Numbered from the stretch's first letter, positions 1-14,094 are shown. The stretch: 64,000 nt of DNA from Catajapyx aquilonaris (GCA_000934665.2 KZ538070.1:62001-126000), one strand, 5' to 3'. Made by a program: numbers and translations. The notes: a model not told the origin generated them from the sequence alone.

Positions 1-39
1 TCAAATATAGTCAAATGTGGCAATAGCCAATCGCAGTTC

Positions 40-883
40 AGTTTAATTTGGTTATAAAATATATTAATTATACGACAAAAATGTATTCAATTGAACATTA
101 TTAATGAATTAAATAATTTGTCAAATTAATATTAAAATAATTTATTCCATGAGAATTATCTAATTAATAAAATAATTATTAAATTAAATTGGTAAACCCT
201 ATTTACATAAAATTAATTTTGAATATTTGTCAAATGGCATTGTATTGATAAATTGGAACCGAAGCAGTAGTGGTGGAGTGGTATGGTGTCCGACTGCTAA
301 TCGGGAGGTCCTGGGTTCGAATCCCGGAGGCCGGCGACCCTGATCATGGTTTTCTGTGGTTTCCCATGGTCATCGCAGGATAATTCCGGGGTCGTTACCG
401 TAATTATAGGCCACAGCCGCTTCCTTCCTTACCTATCCTTGCCTCAATTCCGATGAAAAAGTATAGTAAAAATGGAAAGAGTTCCAGACAAAAAATTGGG
501 AGAAATCCCCCCCTAATAAAGCCCAAAGGGCTGATAATGGGGTATCAATTATTAGTATTGATAAATTGGATTGTAGGCTGTGGGAGGGTTGACGTCACAG
601 CAATTTAATTTATTAATAAAATATATTAATTATGCGAAATAATAATTTATTAAATTGAAAATTACTATCGATATAAGTAATTCGTTGTCAAAATTGTCGA
701 ATTAATTAAATAAATAATTTATTCTTTGAGAATTATCGAATGAATAAAATAATTTGTTACATTAAAATTATTAACTTGAATTTGTTATCATTACATCAAA
801 TTAATTTTTAATATTTATAAAATGGCATTATATTGAGAAATTTTCTTATTGGGTTGTATGCTGTGTGAGGGTTGACGTCACAC
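40..883. repeat. AT-rich tandem duplication (about 280-bp unit, 2 copies; first copy interrupted by the SINE)
   Basis: Shared blocks aaatatattaattat, gagaattatc, aatggcatt and gagggttgacgtcaca in both copies. Confidence 0.75.
258..554 (+). mobile_element. tRNA-derived SINE with 16-bp target-site duplication
   Basis: A-box-like tggtggagtggt, B box ggttcgaatccc (314-325), tRNA-like anticodon stem, body ggttttctgtggtttccc..ggccacagccgcttccttcc, attatta tail; TSD gtattgataaattgga at 242-257 and 555-570. Confidence 0.88.
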
Positions 884-2294
884 AGGCAAGAAGTGTGTCG
901 TAAGCTATATTTCATTGGATCCCTACATTTCCGGTTCAATCTTCAGCTACATATCCAGCCAATACAGTTGACATAAGCGGGTCCTGTCACCCCTCCCAGA
1001 GCATAGGCGACCGAACCGTCACCCCTAAATTGACGTGCACAATCCGAAAATCCTATGAGACGGGTCAGGATAATTTTTTTAACAGCTCGGAATCCTCTCT
1101 TTCATCCCAAAGCCCCCCATTGGAGGGGGAATAAGGGAGATTGGCCCCCCTGCAGCCCCTTGTAGCAATTAGGAGATGGGCATAGGGCCTGAGGGACATT
1201 CGGAGGAACAAGGTCCATGTGGATGGAAGACGCCGTACAAAAGTAGGCGGTAAGAATAGGTGATCCGCTTGTGGGGACCGCTTTTATGTATGGAGTTCAT
1301 TTAGTGAGGATACCATGTACGGCTGAGGTGTCGAAGTGGAATAAGACCTACAAATGAGGATTATCCGGCAGTACGACGCGACGCGACTATGGACAATATG
1401 TGGCAAATACATATGTAGAAAGTCGCATGAGGTACAGCTTCTTGGTGTCAAGAGAGGGACCCATGTCTAGCACTTTCTGAGTGGGCCTTTTCACGCCTGG
1501 TCTTAGCACCTCTTGACCTCTTCTGACACATGAGAAGGGCAAGTAGAAGAGGTGGTCGCTGGCTCGGCGGGGTGGGAAACATGGCTGCCAATCTGAATTA
1601 TGGCGAGTCTACGGTGTGTAGGATATCGGGTGTCTGACCCTGGCATAAGTATTATACAGTCTGAAGAGGTTCATCATTACGAGGAGGGGTTGTTCAATTT
1701 TGTAATATGTCAAAAAAGTGAGTAGGATTGGAAATAAGTGGTTCCACGTGCAGCTATACAATTGGAGTTTGTTTGGATATGTAAACAGATGGCATTGACA
1801 GCTCAACCCCGTTTCTCATCCCCGTCTGAATTGATCAAACTCTACGCAGCTTTCCATGGCATCATCTTTGGGTCTTGCAATTTCTGACGGATTTATCCGC
1901 ATGCCTGGAAAGACAAAGTGTCGGAGAGAAGACTATACAACCTCAGAGAGTATATATAGGAGCGTCGCAAGAAACAAAATCTGATGAGTCCGACCTCGGT
2001 GACACAAATTGCTTCCAGAAATTTCCCTGACGAGACTTGGCGCGAGATGCTTAAAGCCCCCGGTTTATTACATCCATGCATACAGAAATCCGGGGCTGCC
2101 GACCCTAGTTGTCGTCCGGGAAGCCTACGGGGCCTTGCAAAAAGGGGGAAAGGAAATTGGGTTTGAGCAAAGGCGCCAGGCGCCACCTCTTGTCCGCCAC
2201 CTGGGGTTGGGAACCAGCTCTTTCTATAGCTACTTATAGAACTGGAGGACGTCAGGTGTTGCCTAGAAACATTTTATTAGAAAGCCTCTGTAGT

Positions 2295-2410
2295 TCCAAC
2301 CGTTGGCTCAACCCTGCTCTAACCGTCGCAACGGCTGAACCCTGCTCTAACCGTCGCCACGGCTGAACCCTGCTCTAACCGTCGCAACGGCTGAATCCTG
2401 CTCCAACCGT
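2295..2410. repeat. 28-bp minisatellite, 4 copies
   Basis: ggctgaaccctgctctaaccgtcgcaac units start at 2305, 2333, 2361 and 2389. Confidence 0.9.
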
Positions 2411-5400
2411 TTCGTTGCGTTGCTTCAACTCGCTTACTGCTTGTTTCAACTGGTTGTTCCAACTCGAGACAAAATATTAATTTGGTGACAGGACCGAGCT
2501 TCCTTATTTTATTCTTGGGGCTTCCTCCGGTTGGTTTGAAACCGACTTAGGGGAGCAGAAGAATCGCGGGAGGGGCCCAAGAGGCCAGAGGCCATTGGAA
2601 ATCGATGCTGGCTGCTTGTGGGGGTATTGAAATTTATTGTTGCTCTCTGGTCGGTGTCAGGCCGTGCGTTCGGTCCCCTTCTTCACTGTCCTTCTCCTCT
2701 GGGGGGTGGTGGGGGGGAGGGGATGAAGGGAATGAGGGAGCTGCCAAAGGCACGAAGGCGACCATCCAGACCACTATTTCCCCTCGGTTTTTTTCCTATC
2801 CTAGGGTGGATGAAGCTAATGGGGAGCATTGAGGGTGGATGTGAGTTGTTTGGGGTCATTATTATTTTTTTATTCGCTTCTAGACCGTATCATCGGAGAC
2901 ATTATTATAGCGGTGCATTTTCGGGGGCTGTTAGCTACCATGATTGGTACTGGAAATTCGAGCACTTTTGGATTGCTTCATTTGGATATTGCAATTGTTT
3001 TTCTCTAAACTTGGTGGATAGTTCCTCCCCTTCTTGATGTCTGAAAGTTTACTGATGGGGCTTGTGTTTTGACGGCTGGAGGAGCCCTGTGGGCCCATGG
3101 GAGCCACTATACTTGCTTGTCTGCTGCCTTCCATCTTCCCGACCCTACTCCCCCACCATCGTGCCAACTTCTTTCCTTCCCCCAGCAACCGCTTGCCTTT
3201 GATCAGGGCTGTCCTCCATGGAGGCCAGTAGAGGTCGAGCAGAACCACATCTTGTGTTGGCAGCTTCGTCCGGAAAATGTCACGGCTGACCGACGATGAG
3301 TGACAATATTTGGTGATCCGCTGCAATTTGAGATAGACGATGACCTCTCCTACCCCAGGAGGTCACTGTTTGGATTGGAAGGGGCGCTTTCCATGTAATG
3401 TATGAACCCTATTAACTAGTGCCCTTCATTGTAAACACGGCAGACTCTGGAAGCCGTCAGTTAGGAGGAAGGCTGCTGGAGCAGATAAGAAAAGGTTTTC
3501 AATCATGGATGAGAGGGGCCAGTGCGTGCCCATCTTCTTTGATGCATTGTCATCCCCGAGGTGAGATCAATTAAGGAGGTGCGAGCCACCACGTGAAAGA
3601 CGGCTAATTCTTAGAGTGCAAAAATTGTCCGATCATATCACAAACACTACTAAATATTCAATCATTGATGTGGACATCCACGATATTATTGTGCAGTCTT
3701 CAGTACCACTGTTGGCTATATTCTTCAGTATTACTACTGATGACGACCATGGATATCCGCCAGAATTATTTTGAATTTTTGTGCCATGGATGTCCTCAGT
3801 CATGTCATCGTCATTGCTAATGTCATCGTACACATCTACACCATGTCTTCGAGGACACGTGGGTGGCCAGCACCATACCTATTAGCAGGTAGAAATTAAT
3901 GGCGCCATATGATAACACACTTGATATCCCGGTGCGACAAGTGAAGACTGGCGGGGACACCTTGTTAGCTCCATTCTCGCCATCAGCCAGCAACATGTCC
4001 TCGGGAGACAGAGAAAGGAGTTCGTTGCTCATTCCACACGCGAGTGGCAAAGCTCCCCTTTTACACGCCGTCAGCTTTCCTTACGTCCCATCTCCTATCA
4101 ACAAGATGTCTGCCCCGAAGAATAACTGGACTCAGGGCCTTCCTTTTGTCTGACTGGGGGGTACCACCATTGTGCCTTCTTTTTTTGTGTTTTGTTTTTT
4201 AACTGGCCCCAGGAGGTCTGTTGAAGGACTCATAATTTCCGTATCCTCCTGCTGCGTTTTTTTTTGTTGTCTCTAAGACCAGGACAGTGTGACTAGGAGC
4301 CAAAATATTTGCCTAGACGATGTCCTACCTATCTGTGGATTTTCCGCCTTTTTTCCCCTGAAAAAACCGAGAGCCCACAAAATCCTATCTGGCGGACGTG
4401 ACTCTCCTGTCAACATCAGGCCAGCACTTTCAAGCCGCGAGCTATCTCGCGTCACTACTTAACCCTTCGCCTTCCTATTCCCTAAAAAGAGTAGTCTCTA
4501 AGCATCCCACCCGCGCGGCTGGAAGGACCACCAAAAAAAACCTCAAAATGAAAGAGGAAAAAAAAAGGAATGCGGTTAGTTGGATCGACCCTTGTCTTCT
4601 AAGATTGTAGCCTCTGATCCCATTTTTAGCTGTGGATAGAACTAAAAGCGACAGGTCTAACTGAGAAAAATATTTGAAGCCTATAGACAATGTGGTGTGA
4701 AATTAGATAACAATCTAACAATGAATTGCTCGATGGACAACACCACAATTTCTGAAACCAAGTTTTGCAACAGTGTGACTCCTGTCACTTGTAGTGTCGC
4801 AGTGCTGTAGAATTTTTGCCTCTGCAAATACATGTTTATCACCCAGGACGTATCCGCTTTGATAAATCCTGGCACGTCACCCCTAGTGACACCCCATCCA
4901 CTAGCTCCTTCTGCAAGCCATTTTGCAAATTGGGCTCCCCCCAAAATGGAGGCGTCACACCCCAGCTTCTAAATCAAGTCCAAACTTGGCAACACTCTAT
5001 GGCTACTGTATATGGGTAAACCAGGCCTCCCAATCCAAAACAAATCAGCTGCAGCGTCTGCAGTGTTTACAAATGTAAGCAAACCCCCCTCTCTCTAAGG
5101 CTAGTCTGTGAGACCGATCTATCAGAGAGAGGGTACCACTTCCCTCTTTATCGATGCGGTATCGGAGAACCCCTGATAAAAGAGGACCCCCATTTAAGAG
5201 GGGAAGGGAGGCGCCTTTTTAATGAGGAAATGCGGTAATTGAAATCCCGTGTTCGGCAACAGCTATTTGGGACGGACCCAAGGTGAGCAAGGATGGCCTG
5301 GGGAAGAGGGCATGATATGGCCCAAGAAAACCAGTCTGAAGAGTAACAATGGCCAGTGGCATGGTCTGTACAAAGATTTTTCAGACGACTTGTAAATTTG

Positions 5401-6279
5401 GTGTGAATAGAGCGAGAGTATCGGAATCTGTATTATGGTAATGTGCAAAAGTCGAGGATAGACTACTATAGGGGGGGTGGGATCAAAAGCCGATCTATTT
5501 ACCCGGCACTGTTAAGCCCTAGGGTCCTCCAGTGCCCCCTTGTTTGGCATGCTCAAAGCTCAGAAGAGACCGCTTCTAATAGCAACTGATGCACATGCTA
5601 TTCCTCCTCCTCTCCATTTCCATCGGGGGTTGCTAGGGAGAGTGTACAGCTCTCCATGAAAGCTCTGTGAAGCTAACCGCTACATTTGAATAATGGAGAC
5701 CTAAATGGAGTTAGATTTTTCTAGCACCAAGGGAACTCCTGGGCAATCGCCTGGCTCGATATCCCTCCATCCACTATATAGTTGACCCCGTTTTCTTTTG
5801 TGTCGTGACGTCATACTTGCTGGTAATGAAAGCGTGTTACGAGCCAGGAATTCCGCTTCATTTCGCGCGTCGCAATCCGAAGAACGAAGCTAATCGGAGC
5901 GTCATCAAAGGAGCGGAGACTAATTAAGAAATGCGCCCATCGATCTATAAGCTCCATGCCACGAGTACGAGCCATTATGAGATCCTACTTTATCATAAAA
6001 ACAATTAATTTCGATGAAATAATAAAATCTGCCATTCTGCACCTAAGTTCTGCACATGCACAATGCAGCGCCTCTGGTGGTTGGAACGACGAACTAGTAA
6101 CTAAATTAAATTAAATTGTGATACTTAGTGATAGTAGACAAACCGGGTTGCTGACATGAGTCATGTCGGGTGTTGTCGTTGTCTCCAGGTCATGATTCTT
6201 AGCCAAAAGCAGTGCGTATATGGAGACCACCAGCTGGGAAGCCACACAACCCGCCCTCCTCTAATGAGCTGCATTAAGG

Positions 6280-6760
6280 CGCTCATAAACTGCGCTCGCA
6301 GGTATAAAGTATATGCGTTGGAGGGTGGATATGGGGGATGGAGGAGACGCGTGCAGATCAGACCAGGCCAGGTGCCAATTATGGAAATTGACGCGAGATG
6401 CTGGTGCCAGCAGGCTCTGGATGGAGAATGACAAGCCTTTGGACCCTGGGGTGGGCACTTGTTGGGGAAAATTTTCCACCGAGGGACTGAAGCCCGGCTG
6501 TGTCCGTATGCAGATCAGGCTATTTCCAACCCTGCCCCGAGTGTTGCCCAAGTTTTGCCTGCAATAATATTGACGGAGGTTCAACTATGCGGTGGGGGTG
6601 CTTCGAGCGAACAATGGCTGATCGCACAAGATGTGCTCGATCCTGTACCTGGAACTGAAGGGGTTCAAACAACACTGGAATTGTGGGCTAGCGACCGCAT
6701 CTGCGTGGACTACGGCGGCCATGACACTTCAGGTCAACGTTGTGAACAGTGGCAGTGATA
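6280..6760 (+). mobile_element. Decayed non-LTR retrotransposon 3' end (RTE-X-like, tentative)
   Basis: Broken frames KLRS.., ARCQLW..WMENDKPLDPG..W..CVR and QT..LW..CEQWQ* resemble RTE-X ORF2 C-termini; an AT-rich tract follows directly. Judged by eye. Confidence 0.3.
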
Positions 6761-7170
6761 AAGTAATTAATAATGGAAAATAAAGTAATGGAAGTAGATT
6801 AATGCAAAATTAAATAATAAATTACAATTAATAAATAATAAAATTAATAGTAAAATTAAATTGTAAAATTTTAAATAACAAAAATTAATAATAAAAATTA
6901 ACTAATACGAATTAAATAAATTAAATAATACGAATTGAATTAAATTAAATAATACGAATTAAATAAAATTAAATAATAAATTACCACTAATAAATAATAA
7001 AATAAATAGTAAAATTAAATAACAAAAATTAATAATAGAAATTAATTAATACGAATTAAATCAAATTAAATAATACTAATTAAATTAAATCGTAAACACA
7101 TCATAAGTGATAATAAAATTAGCCTGCATAAAATATAATACGTAACAATAGAATAATAGAAAATAGTAAA
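6760..7170. repeat. AT-rich low-complexity repeat (aaattaaataat / acgaattaaat units)
   Basis: Directly visible repeated units. Confidence 0.85.
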
Positions 7171-8531
7171 ACACAGGAGGGAGATAACCAATCAGAGGAT
7201 TATTGCTTTTCTTGACTATGATCATGATAAGACACACAGCCCATTGGCACGGAATAGAATGAATTTATTTCCGAACGGTTGAGCGGGACTGCTTCCGAAT
7301 GGAATTGCACGAATGGATTCATGTGAATGGGAGAGGAAGGAAGCGGTGTTCCTCTTGCTGCCTTCAGGGGGACCAAGAAGTTCAAATTTTAGGGGCTGTC
7401 AGAAATGTACAAAATAATGGGCTTGTTTATTTGATAGCGAGTGTCTCCCAGGCTTGATCGCTGGGTGAATAATTGAGCGCGTACATACCAAATGTACAGG
7501 CTCGTTTCCAGCCGAATTAGGGAGGACTACGTGAAATGGAAATTTTATTACCAGAGAAACTATTCCGGACAGGCTGATAAACTTGTTAGAAGCTTTGTTT
7601 GCTCGATACTGCACTTTTTGGAAAGGGGGGGGAAAAAAGCGTGTAAATATTGCACAGTCCCATGTGGTGAGTCTGCATTGTGATGAGGACGTCGGTCGCC
7701 TATAGGAATCAATGGTAAATTCAGAACTATCTGTGCAGGGTAGTCATGTGACTATCCCATGTCTTTCCCTGAAGGAATTTTGTGTGGGGCTGGTGACCAC
7801 GGAAGTGAGTTTGAGATGGAGATGGATTCGAACCTGAACCCCTTGCTTCCATCTGTCTAGTCTGGTGCAGCTGGAAATGAATGTAGACATTTCCCCGCTT
7901 CTGTAGTTGTCTCAGTGTCGCGGGTGTGTGTGGGTTGAGGCAGCCTATAGTAGAGAGGGGGTCTAAATCGGTATATCGATCGTATAAGCTAAACATAGAA
8001 GCCGGAGACGTCTTCCTAGACGGTTAGACCTATGCAGCATCTGCGCCGAACCGCACCTCCTTTGTCCGGACGCTAACTGGCGTTAAGTCAATGCAAGCAA
8101 GGGATCAAGTCTCTCTGCCTGCGAATTAATTACTGGAGAGAACCGTCGAGCAGAACGCAATTTTAGAGCGGACCTGATTCATACGCAACTATAAGTCAGA
8201 GCGTTGTAAATGAGTCGGGTAACATTTCTGGGGGTGCTTGTTCGGCGTTGCCGAGCATGTGCCACTGGCTCCATTCAGCTCAATCGGGGAGCGTTTTGCC
8301 TGGCTTTGTGCCTGACTGTTGCTGGGAATTCATAGTCCCGGTGTTCGTAGGCGAGGCTCCTATCCATAGCCCGGATGTGAGCCGTCAGTTGTGACGTTAC
8401 ACCACACTCTGGTACAATAGGACGTGCGCAATACCGACCTTTCAGTATGGAGAAGCCAAAATCTCAATTAAATTTTACAATTTTAAAGTAGGCTAATAAT
8501 AAATTTGATAGAAATGGCACAAACTTTTAAA

Positions 8532-8571
8532 AATGAATGAATGAATGAATGAATGAATGAATGAATGAATG
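8532..8571. repeat. (AATG)10 microsatellite within an AT-rich tract
   Basis: Directly visible. Confidence 0.95.
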
Positions 8572-11500
8572 GAAATCAAGTAATTTTTGAAGCAAATAAA
8601 TTTTTTTAAATTACTAAATTCTTTAAATCAATGAATTTTTGAAATGAATACCTTTTAATCAATAAATTTTTAAATGAATAATTTTAAACCCAATAAATTT
8701 CAAAATAAATTTTCCAACCAATATATGATTTTTGAAATAAATAATTTTTCGGATCGATCAATTTTTGTAATAAATTATTTTTTTTAATATATAGATTTCT
8801 GATATAAATAAACTATTTTTAAAATACGTATAAGTGAATAACGAATGAATGAATAAATAAATAATTAATTAAACTGTCAAAACCAATAATTTAAAATAAT
8901 TATCAACTCGTTTGTGACGTCAGTTGTAAGTTACACATTAGATGCCGGTTGAGCAGATATAGCAGTTTGTGTACTTGGGTGGTTCCTCCCCCGCAGTTTG
9001 ACAACAGGTGCCGCTAGTTGGAGTGTCCACACGCATCTGGGTCGGTGGAACAGTGGAAATAGGCGGCGGACAGAAAGAGCAGCAGCCCAGAAGTAAAAGG
9101 GCAGCTGTCAAGTATGATGAATGTCCAGGGCGGAGGACGGAATTGGGGAGGGGTAAAAGAGCGGGGGTCACGGCGGTGACCCCCCGTCGGGATAACCCCC
9201 AAGGAGAAAGAAAAGGGGGGGGAGGACACGGAATTTCCTTCTCTCTTTTTTTTCTTTTACTCTGCCGCTTTTCCAAAAGGAGGAGGGCAGTTTCGCGCCA
9301 GCATTTTTCCTTGCCGCGGGGGTATTTTTAATCCCTTGGCACAGCTGCTCGAAACAATTCCATTGAGGGGTGGCCAACCGCAGACATGCCTCCGGATAAC
9401 CCCAGCTTCGGAAAGTGAGGTGCAGCGTGAAAGCTGCGGCGATCCGGGGGTATGACATGTGAGAAATGTGCCATGTCCTCATCGCCCCCAGCCTGATTGA
9501 GAAAGGTTAGCGACACTTTCTAGAACAATATTGTTCTATGTTTTATATAGTGCAAGAAGAGCACTTTCGAACAGTCAAGTCAGTTTTCTGATAGGCCAAT
9601 TAGAAGCTGGTAGATAAATTGTTGGAAAGTTAGGATAAATCACAGATTATTCCTACTGCTACTGGTGGACTTGCCATATGTACGGACTTGCCATATGTAC
9701 GGACTTACCCTGATTCACCTCATTGCACTCGAAATGTTGAAATGAGTCAAAAATAATGTGACTTTGACCGTTCTGCATGATGGATCCGGATCTATCATGC
9801 TGTAACTTGCTGAACAACCTGTTCACGACACCCAAGCAAGGAGAAAGGTGCAGAAAACGAGCTCATCTTCTTAATCACCGCCATAGTTTGCATGTTCAGG
9901 TGGCTTAATCACCTCTCGCACGATACGGCAGCAGATGGTGACAGTACAAAACTTGTGACTAATAACCACCCCTCATGTTGTGCCAAGGGGTGATAAATGC
10001 GGGCTTTCCAAGATCCGGATTCTCAACCTTGTTTCATTTTTTGTAGGTCCTTCCGTTACCAAAAAATATCGGAACGCTATCAATGCTGTTGTAAAAATTT
10101 GTTGCAGGCCCAGTGTAGTTATGGTGGAATATGAAATCCCACTGCAATGGCTTCCCCCCCAGCTCGGATATAAAAGTTGTAAGAGTAATAAAAAGCCAGT
10201 GGTTTTTTCTCTTTATGTCCACCATTTCACAATTGGCGCGGGCGGGGAAGGATCGTTATCCGTGAACGGGGAAGGATCACAAAAAAAATATACTATGGGG
10301 AGAGGCGGTAGGGGGAGAATGTGAAGGAAGAGGAGATAAGATGGAGGGAGAGAAAAGTCATGACAATTCTGCTCTCTGAGAATGAGGAGGGGAGACGAAA
10401 ACATGGGTCTGTTTATTAGAAAGGTCCCCCTTCTCAGGTCAGGAATTTTGACGTGATGAAAATGAAAAATGTGCTATGTGCTGACATGCGCTCAAAATTA
10501 GAGAAGTTGAGGAATTGTGCGGAATGCACTGGTTGAACAGGTAGAACAGTTTGTATAATGTAGAATGCGAGCAATGACGCACAATGGTTATTATATCAAG
10601 TTAGGTAGGCCCTACAAATAGTACTGGTTAAACGACAATAAATGACAATGAATGACAGTGAATGACGGTGAATGACAATGAATATTTTGAATTATTTGTG
10701 AAGACATTTTGGACGATTCGCGAATGATATATGAAAAAGTTATTGTTGATTTATGAATAAATTGAGGATTTGTGCCTTTTAGTGTACAATAACAATGTAC
10801 AATGACACTGGTTGCACATACGGTGAAATCGAGGCAAATGTTCATCTCCCTGACCAGTGATGCATGTTAATAAAATGACTCCGGTAACGGATCCGCATTG
10901 TCCTCAGAGCAGGTTTAACACGTAATAATACCGTGCTTTCCAGTCTGAAATGACCCATCCTGAAAAGAAAATGATGGAATGTTAGAGTTTCACTGCACCT
11001 ATCAAACCCCATTTCACGACCGGTCAACGTGTCACCCCTGAAAAAGTCCCACACACAATATCGTACCTAATGAGCAATGAGGATCGGATTGCGGCCTAGG
11101 TTTATTCGAGATTCATTGGTCACTTTTGAGCTCACAGTATTTACTGCAGTTTCATAGCTTGGTTAATTATAAAGACAGTAGCACTCTGCCTTGAGGAAAC
11201 AACAGTGGATTATGTGTAACATCTGTTAAGAATTCCTGTATGATCTGTGAATAAGTTATTGGCGATTTGTGGAGAAATCTGTTATGTAGAGGATTGCTGA
11301 ATTTTTTTGACTTATTTGTGAAGACATTCTAGATGATTTGCGAATAATTTAATTTTGATTAGTGGAAAAATCCCTGATTTGTGCCCTTTCGTACATGATA
11401 TGTGAAGGATTTGAGCCTCATGCAGCAACAACACACAACAAAGGCTTGTTTATTCCCCCTCTCATCAGGGTCATTCACATGGTCAGTCAATTTTGGGTGT

Positions 11501-12392
11501 GATTTGTGCCTGTGCACTTAAGCATTTGGCGTAGAAATTCCGTGTGTAGTTTGCATGAGGGGAGGCCAGAGTGACTCCCGGGAAATATCTGGCTGTGACC
11601 GTAATTTATGGAGGGCCGTATATCTAGATGCATGCGAAGGAAGTAGTCCTATGCGAACGTGTTTGTGGTGGGAAGTTGTCGTAGCAGACAGGAGGATTTT
11701 TCACTGCCGCCGATCACTGCTAAGGACCTGGCAGCTGCTATATTTTTAGACCCTCAGTTCCGTTCTCGTGAGTTGGGTGGAAGGTACACAAAAGATTGTG
11801 GTATTACACAGTCAATGGTTGCGCCTGCAAGTTATAGCCTCATAGACTACAGGCCGGACTTAATTTTGCAATTTGAGCCACTAAAGAAGATAGCACATTG
11901 TTGACACCCGCCTTATCCATAAGGAAAAAAGGCTGTTATCTCCAAACCCATAATTCTCACACTATCTCAAATATCCAACCTTGTTTTTAAAACCGCACGC
12001 ACTGTACGTACTAGAACCACACTTAGACCTAGTTTGAACTGCAGAATATTGGTACCAAATAATGTTGTCAACTGCCATGCGAAGCGTGTCTTTATCTGTA
12101 GCGTGTTTATGATAGGGCAATCAGAACGTGGAAAATTTTATTGCCGTCCGCAATATCGCATACGGAAGCGGGGGTGGTATATACACCCAGTTTTTAGGGC
12201 CGTTGAAAAAAACCAGTGTTTCATTGGACGTACCAGATCAAGGGGTTAACCACGGTACTCCGATATACACGTGCAGTGGTACTCTCAGGTACTACTTGGT
12301 ACTCCTTGGCATTCTTTGAGTTTTGGTACTCCAGTGTACACTTTACAGTCGAGTTGTTAACTCCTTGTACCAGATGTACTCAATCTTTGAAT

Positions 12393-12460
12393 GTCGCGTC
12401 ACCTCGCGAGGCACCGCGAGGCACGTACGTGCCTCGCGGTGCCTCGCGAGGTGACGCGAC
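12393..12460. repeat. Perfect 68-bp GC-rich palindrome with no spacer
   Basis: gtcgcgtcacctcgcgaggcaccgcgaggcacgt followed immediately by its exact reverse complement. Confidence 0.95.
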
Positions 12461-12742
12461 GGTCTTAAAGTTGAGTGATCCTCTTTAAAGTGGCCGTGAT
12501 TGTTTATTTACGTACTATATATGTTTGGTTTATTTATTAATTAAATTATTAACGTATAACATATCGATTATACCCCGTAACTTCCATCCAATCTGCGGCG
12601 ACCATGTTTCCAACAGTTCGCGATCATTCCTGGCTCCCTCCTGCGCCTGACAGAACACAAGGAACACTCACTGCCCCTGCCCTCTACCGGCGCATTCCCA
12701 CAACCAGAACCTATTTCGCCTGGGGTAAAGGCCCCGACCAGT

Positions 12743-12777
12743 TCAGTCCAGGAGAAGGGTTTGATGTGAGAGGTTGT
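12743..12777 (+). promoter_or_regulatory. Candidate Inr+DPE core promoter
   Basis: TCAGTC (A+1=12745), G at +24, GGTTGT matching RGWYV(T) exactly at +28..+33; possible donors at 12873 and 13023. Confidence 0.3.
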
Positions 12778-14094
12778 GTTGCGCGGTGCTCCGTGTTTAA
12801 CTTCACAAAATTCAAAAAGTGTCGAATCAGGATGATGGACCTTGGAGTGAGGAGATACAGTGATTTGTGGGTGTGAGTGCTGCGGATGTGGTGTTTTCAG
12901 TGAGGGGTGTTCAGGGTGGGGAGAGTTCAGGACCTGAAACCCGTTTTACCACTCACCTCGATGGATGGCCGGATGGATAGAGGATGACCGCTTTGGGGCT
13001 GGCGGACGAACGGACTTTCTAAGTATGTAGTGTGGGGTTAAACTATTTGTGAAAATGTGATTATCTGTGAGCAAGCGGATGACCGCGTAATCCTCATGTA
13101 AATATGATGAAACCGGGTATAATGTGGGTCCGGACTATTAGTAGAACGGCGACGAGGTTTTGTTGTTCAAACGACAGAGCGCGTGACAACTTATTGTTGC
13201 CGGTAGTTTCGGGACTATAAAAGTGGCGATGAAATTTGTGAAAATTTAAATCCAGTTTTTAAATAAATTCGGCCGGTTGTACCACGCAAGAAACAGCGCT
13301 TAGCGCCACTTATTGTGCCGGATAATAATTGCATTTTTTCCCCAAATTAACCGCTGTGTAAGCACAAATTAAGGAAGTACCGAGTGTGAATATCTACAAA
13401 TAACTAAATGTTGATTTTCGACTTCACTAGTAACGATCACAAAATTATCGCGATATTCTCTGTACCGGTACTAAAAATTCATAGAGCTTCTCTACGAAAA
13501 ATATTCCACAACAATCTGAATATGAATTCCGCACTCTTAGGCCTCAATTAACAATGTAAATAGCAGTGTTTGAAACTGTGAAATGCAAATGTGACGAATT
13601 ATTTAAAAAAAAAGAAATCCGGATTAAACACATTGTTTGCACTTATGGACTAATTGGATTGAAGCTAAGTGCGGATTAGGCAACACTGGCCTTTTGTCAG
13701 AAATCAATTGTTGCTGGGGGAATTCACTCCGATATTATTTTGCCAGCTTTATTTCGTAAACATGGGTTCGCCGTTTGGAAATGATTGATTCAGTAATGGA
13801 ATTGGTGCATTTGGCAATAATAGGGTTCTAATTGCGCGGATAATTGCAGGATAATTTTGTGGGCCAGAAGTTAGGTGCAATTTCAGATGCTTACGTGTAA
13901 TGGCCGTCAAATATATTTTTTTTTTTTGCATGCGAATCCGGGGACGTTGGACATCACTCGGTGTGAGTGATGACGCGGACACACGCGGGGGACAACCACG
14001 CCCTAAGATTTTGGGACATGTGTAACTTCCGGTTAATTGCTCGGGGTTAACATGAGTCAGTAATGAGTCTGATCATTAGGAGGTGATGGGAATG

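Noticed and set aside
262..335. tRNA gene (GCT anticodon loop)
   Set aside because: No acceptor stem pairing or T-run terminator; it continues into a SINE body bounded by a TSD.
8938..9276. Possible gag zinc-knuckle remnant (EPPKYTNC)
   Set aside because: CCHC spacing is not intact; cannot be supported.
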